Shown here in pieces: positions 22,088-32,243 of a DNA stretch of 64,000 bases. The notes under the pieces are model-generated. The model worked only from the letters and a program-made list of their open reading frames with translations. It had not been told where the DNA came from and ran no database searches. Origin of the DNA: Cyanophora paradoxa CCMP329 (taxonomy: Eukaryota; Plantae; Glaucophyta); NCBI GenBank assembly GCA_004431415.1, contig QPMI01000064.1:248001-312000 (forward strand), read 5' to 3'. Each line of letters opens with the position of its first letter. The stretch's first letter is position 1. The position numbers were made by a program, and so were the translations under genes.

Positions 22088-25000
22088 TTAAATTGCGACA
22101 GCAATGTAATGAATTGTAACTGGAAATCCTGGTCTGTCAAAAGAACTTAATGGAACTATGTCAAGCTCACAAGTGAAATAGCTACTGTAAACTTGTTTAA
22201 GCCTAACATACATTCGATAGTAGTAGGCTGTCTCATTGTGTTGTATACCAGTTGTTACAATAGGAGGGTTAGCAAAGCTGCTGTTGAAATTAATAGTGAG
22301 GTTAAACCTATGGTCAGGATTTGCCCAAAGATAAGGAGTAGTGTAAACATACGTTCCTGCTTGGATTTTCCCATTAAAATATGCATTGAGTTGACTGGAA
22401 AGATCTGCCTCCGTAATACATCTACTTATAGTGGCATTATTGGAAGGGTTCATGGCATAGAAATTCCTTGCATAAGCATTTCCACGAACAAGTAAGGTCT
22501 TATCGAAATAATTTTGCGAATTGTGGAAAAACCATGTTTCTTCAAACATAGGTCCTGCTGGTTCTACTATCTGACCTGATCCAACATACATTGTGTTATT
22601 TGCTCTGATGGTGGTAGCTGTGAAGGGATCAAGAGTTGGTCTATTGGTCAAATCGAGGTAGTTGCCTGAGAATAACGCCGGTTTGTTATAGATGTCAGTA
22701 TTCCAATCATGGGTATGACCAACATACGAAACATTTCCCAGGTCTGTAATCTCAGCCTTCGTATGAGTGTGTGCAAAATCTGTAATCTCGCTCTTGACAT
22801 GAGTATGTGCAAAATCAGTAATCTGTGACTTCGTGTGAGTGTGAGCAAAATCTGTAATCTCTGATTTTACATGATTGTGAGCAAAATTCGTAATATCCGC
22901 TCTTGTGTGGTAGTGTGCAAAATCTGTAATTTGTGATTTTGTGTGGGTATGTGCAAAATCTGTGATCTCTGCCTTTGTGTGGGTATGTGCCCTGTTATTC
23001 AGATCAAGGAAGCTTCCCGAGAATGCTACTGGGTGCAGATTTGCAGCAGTAGGTTTGTTTAGAAGATCATTATAGTCTCCTGTGAAAGAGATGGTTTTCA
23101 GTTCACCCCTTCCTACATAATCAGAAGGTAGGTCAATCTTAATGGGCATAATAGCTGGATCAATAGGAATCTCGTACTCAGCTCCTGGGTGAACCACAGG
23201 AAAGGTTTGATCACTTTCAGTGTGAACAAAAAAGTTGTCAGCAGTCACTGTTCCATCAATAGTTCCTCCTGTCAAGGGCAGGTAATTCCCTGTCACAGCT
23301 AGACCTGCAATAACTAAAGCGAGCTCTGTTTCATCTACATAATTTTGGGCTTGAAGGTAATCCTCTGTGACCACTCTGGATATAGTCTCGTTGTGAATGT
23401 TTTTTGCTGCTGCCCTCTGATTAATTTCTAAAATGCCCTGCCCAACTCCACCGTTATAGTTCGTTTTTATCCATGCTATTTCGCATTTCTTATAATCATC
23501 TCGATTTCCTATCAGAGCATTGGGTAAAAGGCGTTCACGGCTAAAAACTAATTTCGGTCTCGATGAATCTAAATCGCTAACATCTGTTACATTAATCTGG
23601 ATTGCAGAATGAAAATCAGCATGGGAGAGAGGATCCAACGGCAGTGAAGGCAAAGGAGGTAGAACAGATGTCATTTCGATGTCAGAGGCGTAGTAGTTTG
23701 TGACATAAATACTTGGGAACGTGTCCTGCAAACCAATATTCCCGCCAGCAGCAACTATCTCCATTCCACGGGGAATCCTTACAAACAAAGAGCCTGACAT
23801 GTCAGTGTTAGCACGAATTCCCTGCCTGTGGACATAGTGGTCATTCAAATATAACCTTTCAGGGGTGTTAATTGATTTGTAGAGAGAGACAGCTAGTGTG
23901 ACAGGAAGCTCAATCTTTGCGAACTCGGGCTGCTCATCTATTTCGCTCCAAATGTGTCTGTGATCTTCCGGTGGAAATTCAAGCGGAACATTATCAAGGT
24001 CACCCCAGTCGTGTCTATGATCCTCTGGGGGGAACCGTAAAGGCTTATTATCGATCTCAGCCCAATCATGTCTGTGATCCTCTGGGGAAACCGCAACGGT
24101 TTATTATCGATTTCATCCCAATCATGCCTGTGTTCCTCTGGTGGAAAACTCCCAGGTTTATTGGTTATTGATTCCCAATCTACGGTGAACTCCAAGGGGA
24201 AGAGAATAGGTTCAAAGCCGTCTGGAAGCAGCTGCTCATGTGGAATCACAGGTTGCTCGTACTGGAGTTCTTGAACATCTAAGCCATCAGGAAGTAACTG
24301 CTCTTCAGGCTCTGTGTACATTTCGAGCGGGAAAACTTCAATATCAGGCGGCAGGTATTCTTCATGCGGATGCTTATAGCGTTCTATCACGGGGCGATTC
24401 CTGACAGCCTCCCACGAAATAATATTTTGCCCGAATGGAATTGTTTCATCTGCAACTCTCTCACGACCTGGCCCTTCAGGGTTTGGCTTCGGTAGCCCTG
24501 GAAGAGGTGGTATAGGTGGTATAGGGACAATAGGTCCGAAGTAGTAGTTGAAAATGTTTATTATCTCCGGTTCAGTGATGACCTTTTTTCCATCTTGGTA
24601 AATCGACGTGCCGTGAATATTTCGCCACTGCCTGGTGCGAAGCCCTAGGTCATATCTATCATGCAATGCCGGGAGCAGGTGTCTGTCAGCTTCCATCAGG
24701 ATCGAGCCAAAGGTGCATCCAGGAATATCTAACCTGGTGGCTGGCTCGGTATCGATTTGATTTACATCAAAACCGTATAAAATATTTGCTTCTCGTGCAG
24801 CTGTAAAAAGTAAATCCCAGGGAAACGGCTGGATTTGTGATGCTAGCACTGATATTCCTGCAGGCGCAGCGTCGCTGCTTGTCTGCGACTCTTCGCCAAG
24901 GAGAATTCGCCCTGTAATGTGAGCCGCAGTCTTGTTTGTGACAGCATTGGATTCATCAATTAGACGTAGAGCTGATATATGGATCCCTCTATCATTTTGA

Positions 25001-25329
25001 AGCCTAAATATTAATCTACCAGAATCATACTTAGAAACTGTGCCTGAGGAGGCAATGTGTAGGTGTCGTGGCAATGCCCTTGATCCGACTATTTCAGCCA
25101 CATAATTCTCAGCTGGACCCAGACAAAATCTCTGTGCGATATTTGGGGCACCGACGTGTGAATTGCGCAGAATTAACGCAGCTGGACGATTAAAAGCGGT
25201 CTGGTGTATATCCTTGTCAGAATTGTAGTCAATTAGAGTGCTCCCGAATACACGGATATTTATAAGCCGATCATCCACGGTATCTGGAGCTTTACGAAGT
25301 GGCACTGGCTTCTTCAAGATGTAGGACAT
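22088..25329 (-). CDS. Long tail-fibre-like protein (~1080 aa if the 1-nt frameshift at ~24085 is corrected; called as ORFs 23938-25329 and 22088-23848). His-repeat shaft, H-type-lectin-like tip
   Basis: FPPEDHRHDWxEIDNKP repeats continue across the frame change; about seven HTHTKSQITDFA-type repeats; LPALHDRYDLG..RQWRNI and YLPLTGGTIDG fibre motifs; C-term INFNSSFANPPIVTTG. Confidence 0.8.
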
Positions 25330-25353
25330 TTTTATATAGGCCTCCTTTTAAAA

Positions 25354-26838
25354 ATGAAGGTGATTCTCTCGTTATCAGGTGGAGGTGCTCGTGGCATAAT
25401 TATAACCAGAATTCTGCAACGGATTGAGGCAATCACTGGCAAAGCGATTCCACAACTGTTTGACTTCGTTGCAGGAACGAGTACAGGGGCTATCATAGCA
25501 GCTGGTTTGGCTATACCATCAACTCCGGGCTCTGTTCTCGCTTACCGATATTCTGCGGGCGATATCTTGAGTCTCTACCAGACAAACCTGCCAGTAATAT
25601 TTGCGAATCCTAGATCGCTAACGAGCCTGCTTGCAGGAAGCCGCTATGATGCAAACCCTCTAGAGTCGGTGCTCACAGACGTTGCCCTGGACTACACAAT
25701 TGCAGAATCGACAAAAGACATATTAATTACAGCGTTTGATACAGTTCGGATGCAGCCTGTAGTCTTTACCAAGGATGGGCCGTACTCAAGCACGCTGATT
25801 CGTGATGCAGTTAGAGCATCTTCTGCAGCGCCAACATTCTTTCCACCGAAGGTTCTAGGAGACAAAAACCTTGTTGACGGGGCCATCGCCTGTTTGAATA
25901 ATCCCTCAGTTGCTGCACTCAGCCACGCCAGCAAAATTTATGATGCAGAGGATCCAATTGTTCTTGTGAGCATCAGCTGTGGTGAGGTCCAAGCTAGTGA
26001 GCAACTGACTGCAGGCTTTTCGAATGCAGAGACGTCAGGCTGGGGCGCCCTGGGCTGGATCCTATCCCTCTCAGGCAGCCCTATTATTTCTATGCTAATG
26101 GCTGGGAGCGAGCTGGAATCGCACTTTCAAATGCAGGAGCTGCTTCCAGTTGATGCAGATAGGAATCTCACTAGATACTGGCGTTTAAGTGTTCCGCTGC
26201 CAGCTGCAGTCATGAGCAAGCTTGATGATGCCTCGCCTTCGAATATTTCTTATTTGATTTCCACGACTGATTTATGGCTGAAACAAATCGAAATAAATGC
26301 TAAAATAAATGCACTCTGCAGTTTTCTATTGGCGAACTACGACCTACTGAACGATGAGAGACTTATCATATCGTCTACTTTAACAGTTGAGCCTCCATTT
26401 GATGTCAACTGGTTTATAATTCCAGATGCGAATATCACAAGCAACGACTTCGAGGAATTGCACCCACCTTCTCATGTGCGACCCAACTCTACAGGGTTTC
26501 AGGGGGGAACATTACCTAATCCCTGGATCAAAGTCGAGTTTCCCAAGCCTTTTGAGCTACATCAAATCATTATGTATGGGCCAGCCTTTGCTGCCGGAGT
26601 CCTATTTAATTTCAGCATTCTGACCAACTTAGGATATTTACGAGACGGGGCACTATTTGAAAACACGGTCCTATCAAATGTGCTTGCTGCGAACCCAACT
26701 ATGACAGGCTTCGATCTAATGCATAGTGACTCGCATTTGATCACCCCACAGGTGTATAACTATGTGCAAATTATAACAAACGAATTTATAAATGTAAATG
26801 CATTCCGGCTTGATTTCCGGGGACGTTACCTAAACTAA
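25354..26838 (+). CDS. Patatin-like phospholipase with a C-terminal extension
   Basis: LSGGGARG oxyanion motif, GTSTG nucleophile, RASSAAPTFF, DGA catalytic Asp. Confidence 0.92.
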   Translation: MKVILSLSGGGARGIIITRILQRIEAITGKAIPQLFDFVAGTSTGAIIAAGLAIPSTPGSVLAYRYSAGDILSLYQTNLPVIFANPRSLTSLLAGSRYDANPLESVLTDVALDYTIAESTKDILITAFDTVRMQPVVFTKDGPYSSTLIRDAVRASSAAPTFFPPKVLGDKNLVDGAIACLNNPSVAALSHASKIYDAEDPIVLVSISCGEVQASEQLTAGFSNAETSGWGALGWILSLSGSPIISMLMAGSELESHFQMQELLPVDADRNLTRYWRLSVPLPAAVMSKLDDASPSNISYLISTTDLWLKQIEINAKINALCSFLLANYDLLNDERLIISSTLTVEPPFDVNWFIIPDANITSNDFEELHPPSHVRPNSTGFQGGTLPNPWIKVEFPKPFELHQIIMYGPAFAAGVLFNFSILTNLGYLRDGALFENTVLSNVLAANPTMTGFDLMHSDSHLITPQVYNYVQIITNEFINVNAFRLDFRGRYLN

Positions 26839-27720
26839 AAATTGCAGTTCACCAGACCAAGGCAGGCCATTCAGTGATACATCATCACCATCTCTGTCGA
26901 CAATGCGCAGTCGCAGAGAGGTCAGCACCAGGCGCTCTTCGATGGGGATCCACTCGCCGTCATTTTCCTGATTTATATAAACGAACTTGCCAACATCCTG
27001 GCTCATCTGGATTCGAGCGAGCCCGTAATTACACATTGATTTAGCCCCACGGCGAAGCTTCGAAGCAAACGGCCGTAGCTCTTCGCAGACAAGGAAGAGG
27101 TACTGGTCGCTGTTCATGTCGATTATCTTTGGAAATTCGACCGCGTAACCAAGTGCTATACTCTGCATTCTTCCGGTGAAATCGACGCCGTACTCAGGGT
27201 GTGCAGGTGTTACTGGAATGCCAGCAACCTCGAGGTACCGCTCAGCTGCAGTTGCTGGTCTTTGCGGCCCTTCAAGCACAATAGGAGACAGCTGGAGGGG
27301 CTCATTTCGGTTAAGCCCGAGCAGATTCGATAGAGCTTTAAACTGGCACGTCAGTGTGCAGGAACGGTTGCAATAGGCAGACATTTTCAGCGTCTCTGGG
27401 TCCCGAAATAGTTTAAAATACGCAATTGAGATCCCTTCTAGCTCAATATTGAATGATAGGCCAAAGTTGTAAATATCTGTTTCGCCCAGATTTGCAGTCG
27501 TAATTATGCCAGGCTCAAACACCTCCACGTTTTGCGTTCCAAGGTAGGGAAAGGTGATGGAAAGATACTCAGCTTTAATGCTGGTGTAAAGGCTGTTTGC
27601 GAACTCACACTGGGTTAGTCGAACAGCAACTGGATTGATTATCGGTTCATTGATTTCGAGCACAAAGTTTGCCTCTGAATCGATTGGCCTTCTGTCTCTG
27701 CTGTCAAACGTAAGCCGCAT
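26830..27720 (-). CDS. Minor capsid (penton-like single jelly-roll) protein 1
   Basis: FDSRDR...VAVRLTQCEFAN N-terminus and LTSLRLRIVDRDGDDVSLNGLPWSGELQF C-terminus, typical of PLV/NCLDV pentons. Confidence 0.75.
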   Translation of the reverse strand: MRLTFDSRDRRPIDSEANFVLEINEPIINPVAVRLTQCEFANSLYTSIKAEYLSITFPYLGTQNVEVFEPGIITTANLGETDIYNFGLSFNIELEGISIAYFKLFRDPETLKMSAYCNRSCTLTCQFKALSNLLGLNRNEPLQLSPIVLEGPQRPATAAERYLEVAGIPVTPAHPEYGVDFTGRMQSIALGYAVEFPKIIDMNSDQYLFLVCEELRPFASKLRRGAKSMCNYGLARIQMSQDVGKFVYINQENDGEWIPIEERLVLTSLRLRIVDRDGDDVSLNGLPWSGELQFLV

Positions 27721-27748
27721 TTTTATTCTCTAACTGATATAAAAAAAG

Positions 27749-28705
27749 ATGCCTACGGACTACGTCTGCATTGCAAGTCACCAAGCGGAGGAGCTGACAT
27801 CCACCTCGAAATTTAAAGTAAGACTGCCTAAAGTTTATCAGGATGTGAAAGCCGTGCGCTTGGTATCAGCTGAGATCCCCAACACTATGAGCACAATTGA
27901 TGTACTCGATCCGGCAGAGGATTTAGTCTTTAACACCTATATATATTGGTGCAAATATGATCCCACTAATGAAGGACCCGACCCACCTCAGGCCGGATTT
28001 GGAGCGTGGAATAACATTGCAATTCCACCTGGAAATTACGACGTCACCTCACTTGTGACAGAGATAAACGAAAGGTTGACGGGAACAGGAATCACGTGCA
28101 CGTATAATTCAGCGATCAAATTAATAGGGTTCACAGCTAACTTCGAGTTCTTTATTGCTCTGATGTTGCCAACGAACCAGGGTGGGCGGGAAGTCAGAAA
28201 CTACCAGGCCGTTGCAAGGGCTCAGCGAACTGCAAAGCTTCTAGGGCTGCGATCAATTCTACCGATTCGGTCAAAGACATTATCTATAAATACTGAATAT
28301 ATAGCAGGCGCTTATGAGCCTGATGTCACTCCTGATGATCATGTGCTCCTACGAATTCCTGAAATTGGTGACCTTGTCAGTATGCCGAACACGTCAATAC
28401 CTGGCTTCTTCTCGAAGCTGAGCATTCCAAGCGTACTTCGTCCAGGCGAGATAGCATACTATGATTCAACTGAAGCACATCCTTTGTACAAGTATATTTA
28501 TTCAAAGCTGGACCTCTACTCTGTGACTATTGAGATTTATGATTTTATGCAGCGAATTGCTGATTTAAATGGAGGTCCTGTCTCATTTATACTCGAAATT
28601 CGTTATGGCCCAGATGAACCCAATGGTGATGTTCTCTACGAGCTCGCCAAGCTTCAGCTCCAGAAAAGGTCAAAGACATATCCTTGGATCAATTCGTCAA
28701 ACTGA
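27749..28705 (+). CDS. Minor capsid (penton-like) protein 2
   Basis: VKAVRLVSAEIPNT, IPPGNYDVTSL, VTIEIYDFMQRIADLNGGPVSFILEI; directly upstream of the MCP. Confidence 0.8.
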   Translation: MPTDYVCIASHQAEELTSTSKFKVRLPKVYQDVKAVRLVSAEIPNTMSTIDVLDPAEDLVFNTYIYWCKYDPTNEGPDPPQAGFGAWNNIAIPPGNYDVTSLVTEINERLTGTGITCTYNSAIKLIGFTANFEFFIALMLPTNQGGREVRNYQAVARAQRTAKLLGLRSILPIRSKTLSINTEYIAGAYEPDVTPDDHVLLRIPEIGDLVSMPNTSIPGFFSKLSIPSVLRPGEIAYYDSTEAHPLYKYIYSKLDLYSVTIEIYDFMQRIADLNGGPVSFILEIRYGPDEPNGDVLYELAKLQLQKRSKTYPWINSSN

Positions 28706-28747
28706 GTCCCCGAATTATTTTCTTCCATTTGAATTATAAACACTTCA

Positions 28748-30136
28748 ATGGATGTTACCCAAAACTTGCAACGTCTTGGTCTAAAGGAGCTGCTCACAAC
28801 TCCGCAGGAAGCTAAGGATTTCTTTATGAATAACGAGCTCATGCTGGGGATGACAAGCCAAACCAAACCGGTAAGGGTCGTCGTAAACCCGAGCAATGAC
28901 TATGGAGACTGCTTCGGAAAGAGGGTTACTTATTTCCTGCCCCGTTACAATTTCCTTCAGGGGCTTGAACTCCAGTTTACCCTGCCCGAGCTGACCGCTT
29001 TTACTGGTGACACTGACCTGGTTCGCACTGGTTATCTGCGGTCTGTTGGTGCTCTTGTAAAGCGAATTGAAATCAAATATGCTTCCTACAGCTACATCGT
29101 CCCTGAAGACTGGCTTGTTCACAGCGCTCTGATTTTCAATGATGATGCACAGCTCAAAAAGAAATACCGGTCTGGTGGCTGGCTCCATGGAACCCCACCT
29201 CAGGGGACCAATCGCGCTGGAGGTATTTTCAGCGTAAAGATCCCCTGCCCCTGGGAGGGCTCAGTGCTTCCAATTGGTGCGCTCTCCGGCGAGGTGTCTG
29301 TCGAGGTTTGGTTCCGTGACCGCGCCCAGGGCTTCGTTGAGACCAGCTATGGTGGTAGGTTTGTAGCAGAATATGCCGCAAACGGTGATGCCTCTAAAGA
29401 CGATGGCCTCGGAAGCGTAGGTGCTGCCGCTGCATCCCCTGCAAACATTGGCCAGAATATAACTCCCAATGTCCTCACTGTCACTCCTGAAAAACCCGAG
29501 CTTTCGAATCCGAAGATTATAGCTCACTGCATCAACGTTGATGAGGCCACTTTTGCCCAGGTGATTGAGAAAGTCAAATCTTCGGGGATTGCGATTCCTG
29601 CAACTGAAGTTGGTTGGGTTGATGCTGACTCAATTACCTATGCAGGTGCTGGTGCGCCCACCCGGATTAATCTGTCTCAAATCAGTGGGCTCTGCTATGG
29701 CCTTTTTGTTAGCATTCGCAAGCAGACAAATATGAACCAAACTGATGGAAAACACAGCGTCCTGAAAACGGAGGCCAATGCTCGTGATATAACTATTTCC
29801 TGCGAATTGAATGGCCAGCGTCTCTATTCTAACGAGCCAGTGCCACTCCTTCAAGGTGCAGAACTCATTGCTGATGTGTTCAAATGCTCAAATCTCGATG
29901 CACCTCTTAACCGATATGTGCTGAGTGGATTGCCATTTTGCATTAGTGGAGATCAATCGATCCGAAATGCAGCTCAAACTGGTTTCGTGGATCTCACCAA
30001 TAGTAGCAGTTGCTTCTTGAATATAATGAACCCTGCCGCTTATGATGCAGCCAACAAGATTTACGTTCAAGTCCGCGCTCTCCTGCACACTGTCCTGATT
30101 GTGGATGCTGCAGGCCTCCGCAAGGTGAACCTCTAA
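28748..30136 (+). CDS. Major capsid protein (double jelly-roll, NCLDV-like N-terminal region)
   Basis: 462 aa between penton and ATPase; FGKRVTYFLPR..FLQGLELQFTLPEL...VGALVKRIEIKY; CELNGQRLY. Confidence 0.8.
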   Translation: MDVTQNLQRLGLKELLTTPQEAKDFFMNNELMLGMTSQTKPVRVVVNPSNDYGDCFGKRVTYFLPRYNFLQGLELQFTLPELTAFTGDTDLVRTGYLRSVGALVKRIEIKYASYSYIVPEDWLVHSALIFNDDAQLKKKYRSGGWLHGTPPQGTNRAGGIFSVKIPCPWEGSVLPIGALSGEVSVEVWFRDRAQGFVETSYGGRFVAEYAANGDASKDDGLGSVGAAAASPANIGQNITPNVLTVTPEKPELSNPKIIAHCINVDEATFAQVIEKVKSSGIAIPATEVGWVDADSITYAGAGAPTRINLSQISGLCYGLFVSIRKQTNMNQTDGKHSVLKTEANARDITISCELNGQRLYSNEPVPLLQGAELIADVFKCSNLDAPLNRYVLSGLPFCISGDQSIRNAAQTGFVDLTNSSSCFLNIMNPAAYDAANKIYVQVRALLHTVLIVDAAGLRKVNL

Positions 30137-30153
30137 TTTCACCGACTATCTTT

Positions 30154-30909
30154 TTGATGGATGGGTCAGACGAGCTCGCACAGTTCCAGCCTAGCGATAT
30201 GAGGGTCCCATTTAAGGCCCTGTTTATATCGAAATCTAATAGCGGCAAGTCTTTCTACTGCACCAAGCATCTGCTGCGGCTGCTCTATCCAAAGATTAAT
30301 CGAGTCGTCGTGTTTACGGCCACAAAATTCAATGGCGAATATTCGGCAATAACTAAAGAGCTTTACGACGATTTTCAGCCCTCTATCGTTGCAGAGATAA
30401 TTGACTCACAGCGCAAGCTGATCGAAAACAAAAAGAAAGCGCCACAGATATTGCTCGTCTTGGATGATCTCGTCGCCGCCTCTGAAACTGTAGATCTGCG
30501 AAACAGCAAGGCTGTAAATCGACTTTTTACTCAGGGTCGTCATTTTAATATCAGTACGATTCTTATGACCCAAAAGCTAACAGCTCTTAGTCAATCTATA
30601 AGATCGAACTCCGACTATTGTTTTTTCTTCAGTTACTCTAATCACACGGAGCTGGAGGCCATTTATAGAGAGTTTAGCCATCTCCCAAAAGAAGAGTTTA
30701 TAGCTTTATTTGAAACCTGGGCGCACGATTATCAGTGCCTAGTCCTAGATGGAACTAAGTACGATACGGCCTGGTACGTTGACAAAGCTGCTGAAGATAA
30801 GAGCTTTCGTTTCTCTAAATGGCTAAGACAAAAAGAAGAAGAAGTCTCTAAGACAGAAGAGTCTCTTGTAAGCTCTAAGAAGAAACGCCGATTTAAAATA
30901 TCAGTATAA
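30154..30909 (+). CDS. A32-like (FtsK-HerA) genome-packaging ATPase
   Basis: Walker A variant SKSNSGKS, Walker B LLVLDD, LFTQGRHFNIS..LMTQ, IRSNSDY. Confidence 0.92.
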   Translation: MMDGSDELAQFQPSDMRVPFKALFISKSNSGKSFYCTKHLLRLLYPKINRVVVFTATKFNGEYSAITKELYDDFQPSIVAEIIDSQRKLIENKKKAPQILLVLDDLVAASETVDLRNSKAVNRLFTQGRHFNISTILMTQKLTALSQSIRSNSDYCFFFSYSNHTELEAIYREFSHLPKEEFIALFETWAHDYQCLVLDGTKYDTAWYVDKAAEDKSFRFSKWLRQKEEEVSKTEESLVSSKKKRRFKISV

Positions 30910-30921
30910 GAACATTAAGAG

Positions 30922-31554
30922 ATGCCACGCGGAAAACCTATAAAGGGCTATCGGGAACGCAGGGTGCTTGCCGAGCCAAATGCTCCACTAATTGAGAGTG
31001 GTGCCACAGAGGGCGCAGCTGTCGCTGATCCTAGCGGGGAGCTCGCCAGCGACCCCCGACTAAATGCCCCTGTAGCGAAAACAATTGCGTCCGCAGCTGC
31101 TGGTGCCAGTGCAACCGATGACCGTCACGCCCAGGCTAAAACTGTAACTGAAATGCAGTCTGATATCGATGATGATGCTGCTAGAATTATCCAAGCCATG
31201 GCCTCTGAACCACGCTATTCAGGGCCAAAAATAAGAACACCAGCTATAAGCAAAAGCCAGTTTGACGAGTTAGCTGCGAAATTGCGCGATCTAGAAGCAA
31301 GATCCTCAAACATAGAGTCATACGTAAAGGAAAAGCAGGAAAGATCAAAAATTCGTGAGATGCTGCGCAGTGAGATGTTTAAGACAAGGGCGATGGATGC
31401 GCCAGATTTACGCTATTTGAAAATCGAAAAAGAAAAGGCTTCACAAGCTCTCGATGATGCCGCTGTAAAGCCCGCAACGCCTTATGTGTCTGAGCCCAAT
31501 TCTACAAGCTCTCAATTGAAGGGAGCGATGGGTGGCCGGCGGATTCGACTGTAA
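30922..31554 (+). CDS. Hypothetical viral protein with a coiled-coil region (210 aa)
   Basis: ORF directly downstream of the ATPase with an AT-rich leader. Confidence 0.65.
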   Translation: MPRGKPIKGYRERRVLAEPNAPLIESGATEGAAVADPSGELASDPRLNAPVAKTIASAAAGASATDDRHAQAKTVTEMQSDIDDDAARIIQAMASEPRYSGPKIRTPAISKSQFDELAAKLRDLEARSSNIESYVKEKQERSKIREMLRSEMFKTRAMDAPDLRYLKIEKEKASQALDDAAVKPATPYVSEPNSTSSQLKGAMGGRRIRL

Positions 31555-31810
31555 AGTCCGGCAGATCAGGCAGATCGACGAGGCTCTCCGCAAGCAAGTC
31601 TTGGCTTGCGCCCTCTTCAACTGTAGGACGTCGCTGATGCAAAGTCGCATCCTCTAATTGACAGACTTCGAAAGCGTGCTGCAGTTCACGCTTGTCGTAT
31701 TCACGCAGATGCGGCCAAGACAGTAGCCATTCAGCATATTTCGGATCGCTTACAACTACCTTAAGGTGAGTCTCTCCTCGGTACTTTCCAAATCGAATTG
31801 TTCCTGGCAT
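31502..31810 (-). CDS. Small protein with an FGKY(R/K)G motif (DUF3820/ExoX-C-terminal-like)
   Basis: MPGTIRFGKYRGETHLKVVVSDPKYAEWLL. Confidence 0.7.
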   Translation of the reverse strand: MPGTIRFGKYRGETHLKVVVSDPKYAEWLLSWPHLREYDKRELQHAFEVCQLEDATLHQRRPTVEEGASQDLLAESLVDLPDLPDFTVESAGHPSLPSIESL

Positions 31811-31915
31811 TCTTTGAATTATATCTCGGATTTATTTTCGGAATTTAACGCACCCCACTGCGATTGATGTCTTAAAATTATTTCGCTCATCATATATAAC
31901 GAGAGCCGCGCGCAA

Positions 31916-32191
31916 ATGGACACTGATTCATCACCCAAACGTCCCGGGCGGAAACCAATTGTCGTCACCCCTGAGATCGCCGCAGCTCGGAAGGCTAAGC
32001 GTGCCGAGAACCATCGCCACAGATATAATGAGGATCCGGAGTACCGTCGGCGCCACATCGAAGCCAGTCTGAAATATCAACGCAATAATACCGAGAATCA
32101 CCTGCAGGCTAATCGCCGGTATCGCAATCGAATTTACGAAAAATTAGCTCTGCTCGAGTCCCTGCAAAACAGCGTAGTTATAGCGCTTTAA
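31916..32191 (+). CDS. Small basic, putative DNA-binding protein (AT-hook-like KRPGRKP plus helix)
   Basis: 91-aa Arg/Lys-rich ORF with TATATAA upstream. Confidence 0.6.
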   Translation: MDTDSSPKRPGRKPIVVTPEIAAARKAKRAENHRHRYNEDPEYRRRHIEASLKYQRNNTENHLQANRRYRNRIYEKLALLESLQNSVVIAL

Positions 32192-32210
32192 AGGACGGCA
32201 ATAAGCCAAA

Positions 32211-32243
32211 GGAAAGGAGCCGCGGGCGGGCGGCCTTTCTTTT
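32211..32243. terminator. Hairpin between convergent genes (possible 3'-end signal)
   Basis: GAAAGG(AG)CCGC-loop-GCGGCCTTTC followed by a T-run, between the stops at 32191 and 32244. Confidence 0.45.
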
